Under the pieces are notes generated by a model, which ran no database searches, was not told where the DNA came from, and worked only from the letters and a program-made list of their open reading frames with translations. 64,000 nucleotides of DNA from Moniliella sp. 'wahieum' (Eukaryota): positions 434,001 to 498,000 of the forward strand of contig RSEE01000034.1 of the NCBI GenBank assembly GCA_003971905.1. Direction: 5' to 3'. The stretch's first letter is position 1. Each line of letters opens with the position of its first letter. The translations under genes and the position numbers were made by a program. Below are positions 59,820 to 64,000 of this stretch, piece after piece.

Positions 59820-61050
59820 ATCATATTTCTACAACGTCCTCCCACGCCCCTCAAACCGCGCTTCGTACCGCACAGCGCGCTGGCCTGGCCCGCATTGCGT
59901 CTCCTCGTTCAATTCCAGTTGGTCCCGCTCTCAGCACTCTCGTCGCCTGACCACCCGTGCCGCCATGTCTACGCTCACGCGGGATGCGTACCTTGAAGTT
60001 CGTAGATGCAGATGAGAGACGGTGTACGAGCATTCAGATTGTGGCCGACGGAAAAGCTGCAGAGCTACTTCGAGGATGACACCTTTCCTGCCATCGGGTA
60101 CGGTTCGTAGGGCGATGCCCAATCGCTCAATCTGCGCGACAATGGCTTAACCGTCATTGTTGGTGTCCGTGAGGGCGGTCGTTCCTGGAAGGAGCCTCAG
60201 GAGAACGGTTATGTACCCGGAAAGACCCTCTTCCCCATTGAAGAGGCCATAATCAACAAGGGAACGATCATTATGAACCTTCTCTCCAACGCTGCCCAGT
60301 CAGAGCTCTGGCCTACAATTGCCCCCCTCTGATCAAGCCCGGAAAGTACTTTTCGCATGGCTTCTCGGTCATGTTCAAGGATGACACGCATACGCATGTT
60401 GTGGCTCTCAAGGACGTCGACGTGATTCTTTGCGCGCAAGGGTTCAGACCGCACCGTAATACGCAGCCTCTACCTCGAGACAAGGGTATCAACTCGTCAG
60501 GCGCAGTGTGCCAGGACGTGACGGGCAAGGCACTCGAGAAGGCTGTTGCTACCGGCATTGCTGTTGGTTCTGGGTACATTTACGAGACCACATTTGAGAA
60601 AAAGGAGGTGTATTCTGACCTGTATGGTGAGCGTGGTGCGCTCATGGGCGGTATCCAGGGCATGTTCAAGGCTCAGTACGACGTGCTGCGCGAAAACGGA
60701 CCCCCCCCGGAGGCCTTCAACGAAACGGGGAACGAAGCGCTCCAGGGCTGTATCCCCTCGTCGACGAGCACGACATGGACTACATGTCAAGGTTAGTTGC
60801 TCCACCACCGTCCGCCGTGGTGCGCTCGACTGAGCACCTGACTTGGAGAAAGCCACCACCTGTCTTTGAGCGTTTCTACGCCTCGGTCCGCAAGGTTGAC
60901 GAGACGCGTCGCATGCTCCAGTTCGCCTCACGCCCTACTTACCGGGGGAGGATTATATGACAGGGAGAGACTGATGCCATCACTGACCAGAAGATATGGC
61001 GGGTTGGCCACACTGTCCGTGCCCTTCGTCCTGACCACGAGAACAAGTAA
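59820..61050 (+). pseudogene. ILV5: Ketol-acid reductoisomerase pseudogene
   Basis: IGYGS*G..LNLRDNG, YFSHGFS, GINSS, EVYSDLYGERG.LMGGI, CSTT.RRGALD* and IWRVGHTVRALRP; stops at 60108 and 60831, several non-homopolymer indels. Confidence 0.88.
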
Positions 61051-61447
61051 AAGGCGTACCCAATGTAGCCGCCTCCTTCTTCCTGGACCCTCCTTCTTGC
61101 CTTCTTCTACAACGATACGAAACCCCATGAGAGTAAAACAGGTGGTACCCGTCTTCGTTCCATTATAGGTTTCCTCGTTACTAGTCGAACACCGCTGCTT
61201 CATGAGGGGGAACGGGAAACGGGGGGGGAACTTTCGCCATTGGTGGAGCGATGTGTGTAAAACTTGTGTGCGGATGGGGCCAGCTAGAGTGGATGATGCG
61301 TCGGGCACCACGAGCGGGGGCAGGCGGAGGCCAGTGGCTGGGGTGTGTCGGTGATGCAACAGAAGTGGAACATTCAACTTGTGGAGATTGAAGCACGGCT
61401 GCGGGTTTACCCGGTGTTTCTCTCTCGAGGCATAAGTCCCAGGCATT

Positions 61448-61479
61448 TGAAGCTTCAAGCTTGACTTCATCAAGCTTCA
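61448..61479. repeat. TGA AGCT TCA AGCT TGA ... TCA AGCT TCA array (more copies at 61666 and 61694)
   Basis: Read directly from the sequence. Confidence 0.9.
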
Positions 61480-62171
61480 AGTACCCCAAGCGTCTGCGGT
61501 ATGGACCAGCCACAGGTACGCAACAGGTATACGCCAGCTCACCCATAGTCAGCGCCCAGCGACTAGGCGCTCAACGCGCTCAGCCCCAGTGCCCGCCAAC
61601 GCCACCAGCCCACTTGGAGCTTCAGGCTTCAGGGCCTCAGCAGGCCCTGAGGCTTCATGGACTATTGAAGCTTGAAGCGTGAAGCTATTCGCTTGAAGCT
61701 TGACGACCAGAAAATGGAGCTGGGCAGCTGTCGAGGCCGGATGATGGATGATGACGTTGATCCGATGGCTGTCGACCGAGTTGGTTGGGCTGGGTTGGGT
61801 CGGTAGTGCCTTGGTCACGCTGGTCAAGCTGGTCAAGCTGGTCAAGCTGAGCTTCAAGCATCCAGCTGAAGGCTAAAAAGCGAGACATTGGGGCAAGGGG
61901 TGGGTGGCACTCACTAGTCACTGTATTGGACGCCACTGTGCGTGTGGGCGCGCTGGCGCTGCAATGCCGTTGAGCTCACCTGTTGGTGGGTCGATGACCG
62001 GATGGGATGATCGCTGGTCTTGGCCGTCTCCACAGCGTCCGTGGGGTTGCGACGGGTGACGCCGGGGACGGTGAAGCGATGCCCCCGCATCTCCACACTC
62101 CGCCCGCCTTTTTTTGCCCCCAACACCACCACCGCCCAAGCGTCACGCCTGCGTCGGTGCTGGCTCTCGGC

Positions 62172-64000
62172 ATGTCATTGCCGTCCTCCGCCTCCCTCAC
62201 ACCGCGCAGTCCCCCTGTCCTCCCCCACAGCCCCCCGCCCGTGTCTCCCCACCTGGCTTGCTCCTCTGCCGGCATCCCAACACGCCTGCCCCCTCCCGCC
62301 CGCCCCGAGCGCCACTCGCGCCCCTGTTCACCACCATCGCCCTCTTCCGCTTCGACCCAGATTGTTTCTGCCCCTGCCTCTCCCCGCCTCGACTCCCGTC
62401 ATATCCTGCCCGCTCATCTGGGTAACGCCACTGAACGGGTGTCCCCACCACCACTGTTTGGTATCCCCCTTGGAAGCTCCATCACTTGCCCGCCAAGTTT
62501 CGATGTGCGCCTCAATGTCCCCCAAGCCCGTTCATCATCCATGGACATCGAGCTGATGCGTACATCAGTCGAAGCTGGATCTGAGGAACGCTCGTCCATT
62601 GGGGATTCCTTCCGCTCGCCAGACTTTGATAGTAGGATGCGTGGCATTAACCACCCTCCCCCTTCATTCAACATCCCCAGCGACAAAGCGTCTTCTCTTT
62701 CCCGTTCCAGGTCCCTCCCTCAACATGGCCCGCTGTTGCCGATTCCTGGTCTCTTGTCAATGAGAGGGAACGTGTTGAAAGCCCAGCGGGGGGGGTGGAG
62801 AGTAGTTGGGTCACCCCTGCCCTCAATTCTCAATCCTACACGGCCCTCCATGACCATGACTCGGTTCGTTTTCATCTACGCACGTTCTAGGCAGATTGCT
62901 GACGTTGCTTTGCATTCGTACTAGCAGGAGTACGGTATGGATCCCTTCTACTTAACTATCGAGGCAGCAGACGCGAGCTCCTCCCTGCACTCCTGTAACT
63001 CCCGCTCTTCCAGAAAGTCCAGTCGACACTCCGAAGACTCAGAGGATGCACCGAGTGGACAACCCAGTAACGCTTTCCCCCAGTTCCCTCTTCTTCGAAA
63101 CTTGCCTCTGGATCGGTGATGCCGCCCATGGTCGCTCTCACCAGTACTGCACCATCCAGGTCGACCTCATCAGTCACCCCCCCGATGATGTCGAGTCCTC
63201 ACGCAGCGGATCCTGGTACGCAAGCACAGGTCCAGCTACAAGAGCCTGTTGTTGCATACGAAAAGCATAGTGAGGTTGCCACTGACCCTTCTCCCCCTCT
63301 CTCTGCCATTTGGCGGCCACAGGCGATGTCTCGCCTTCGTCAGGGGAGATGGGGGCGAAGGATACGCCTCGTGGTAGTCCCCATTCTCATGACTCCGAAC
63401 AGCATACTCCGCTCGAGCAATTGGGCGATCGGCAATCGGTTGTGCCACAATCAGGTGTCGTGCAGTCGGATGCTTCAACGTCTCCGTATGCGTTTTCACA
63501 GAATTCTCGTGGGGAAGGTATTCCTCCCCCTACTCACATTGTTTCCCCTGACATTTCTGTTCTCGGAAAGGGCCCTCATTTGACTGAGCCAACGCAGTCT
63601 CATAATCCCCTTTCATCAGTCAAGACGGCCGCCTTGTCACCCCTCAACTCCAACTCAAGTGTGGCTCCATCGGGAACTACCGCCTCGTATGCCAACCTCT
63701 CATCCGGAAAGTTGGCTGGCATGACTCATGGTGTTAAGCATTCCCTTTTCTCTCGTCGCCTCCACCCGTCGAAGTCAAACGCTTCGTCCCAACACGACAC
63801 AAGCACACCCAGCACATCCTCCTCTGGTAGAAAGTTTCGCTCCGGGGGTTTCTTACCTTTCCGTCGGTCAAGTGCCCATCAAACGACCACAGAGACTCCC
63901 TCCTCCCCTCCTCTCGACTCGCTTTCCCCTACTACATCAGCCTCGTCTTCACGGCGGAAATCATGGATCAAACCAGCAGATGCACTTTTGCAGTCGCGCA
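62172..64000 (+). CDS. 5' part of a Ser/Pro-rich protein running off the right edge
   Basis: Long ORF from ATG 62172; branch point and acceptor (GCTGAC..TAGCAG) near 62898-62927; continued Ser-rich frames; no domain inside the window. Confidence 0.55.

Noticed and set aside
34790..61050. RIP as the cause of the pseudogenes
   Set aside because: A few stops fit C-to-T/G-to-A changes, but transversions and indels are also common and there is no sign of duplication or strong TpA enrichment

Overview
Eukaryotic, GC-rich fungal DNA, most consistent with a basidiomycete (Ustilaginomycotina-like; inference from gene content and short GT-AG introns with CTRAC/CTAAC branch points). About 24 genes are present, mostly housekeeping: porin, DUF1682/CCDC47, TIM17, LysRS, ATG4, metacaspase, an MCT-type MFS transporter, a secreted DPBB protein, NAP1, RPL42, dynactin p25, SNU13, capping enzyme, CBP3, CCR4, an M17 aminopeptidase, a PH-domain protein, SVF1 and an AGC1-like carrier. 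Many intact-looking genes carry 1-nt indels, mostly at homopolymer runs, which are probably long-read errors, so some boundaries are approximate. Two signals stand out. (1) Intergenic DNA repeatedly shows a 7-bp-period pattern, TNA-[4-bp palindrome]-TNA, using 14 of the 16 possible palindromic spacers, sometimes switching spacer within one array, and usually lying upstream of gene starts. (2) There is real gene decay beyond indel noise: an ILV5 pseudogene with nonsense substitutions, an SFT2-family pseudogene with stops and a mutated splice acceptor, and further eroded remnants. This may indicate a host-dependent lineage, possibly a branched-chain amino acid auxotroph. All family assignments are by eye from recalled motifs; no searches were run.
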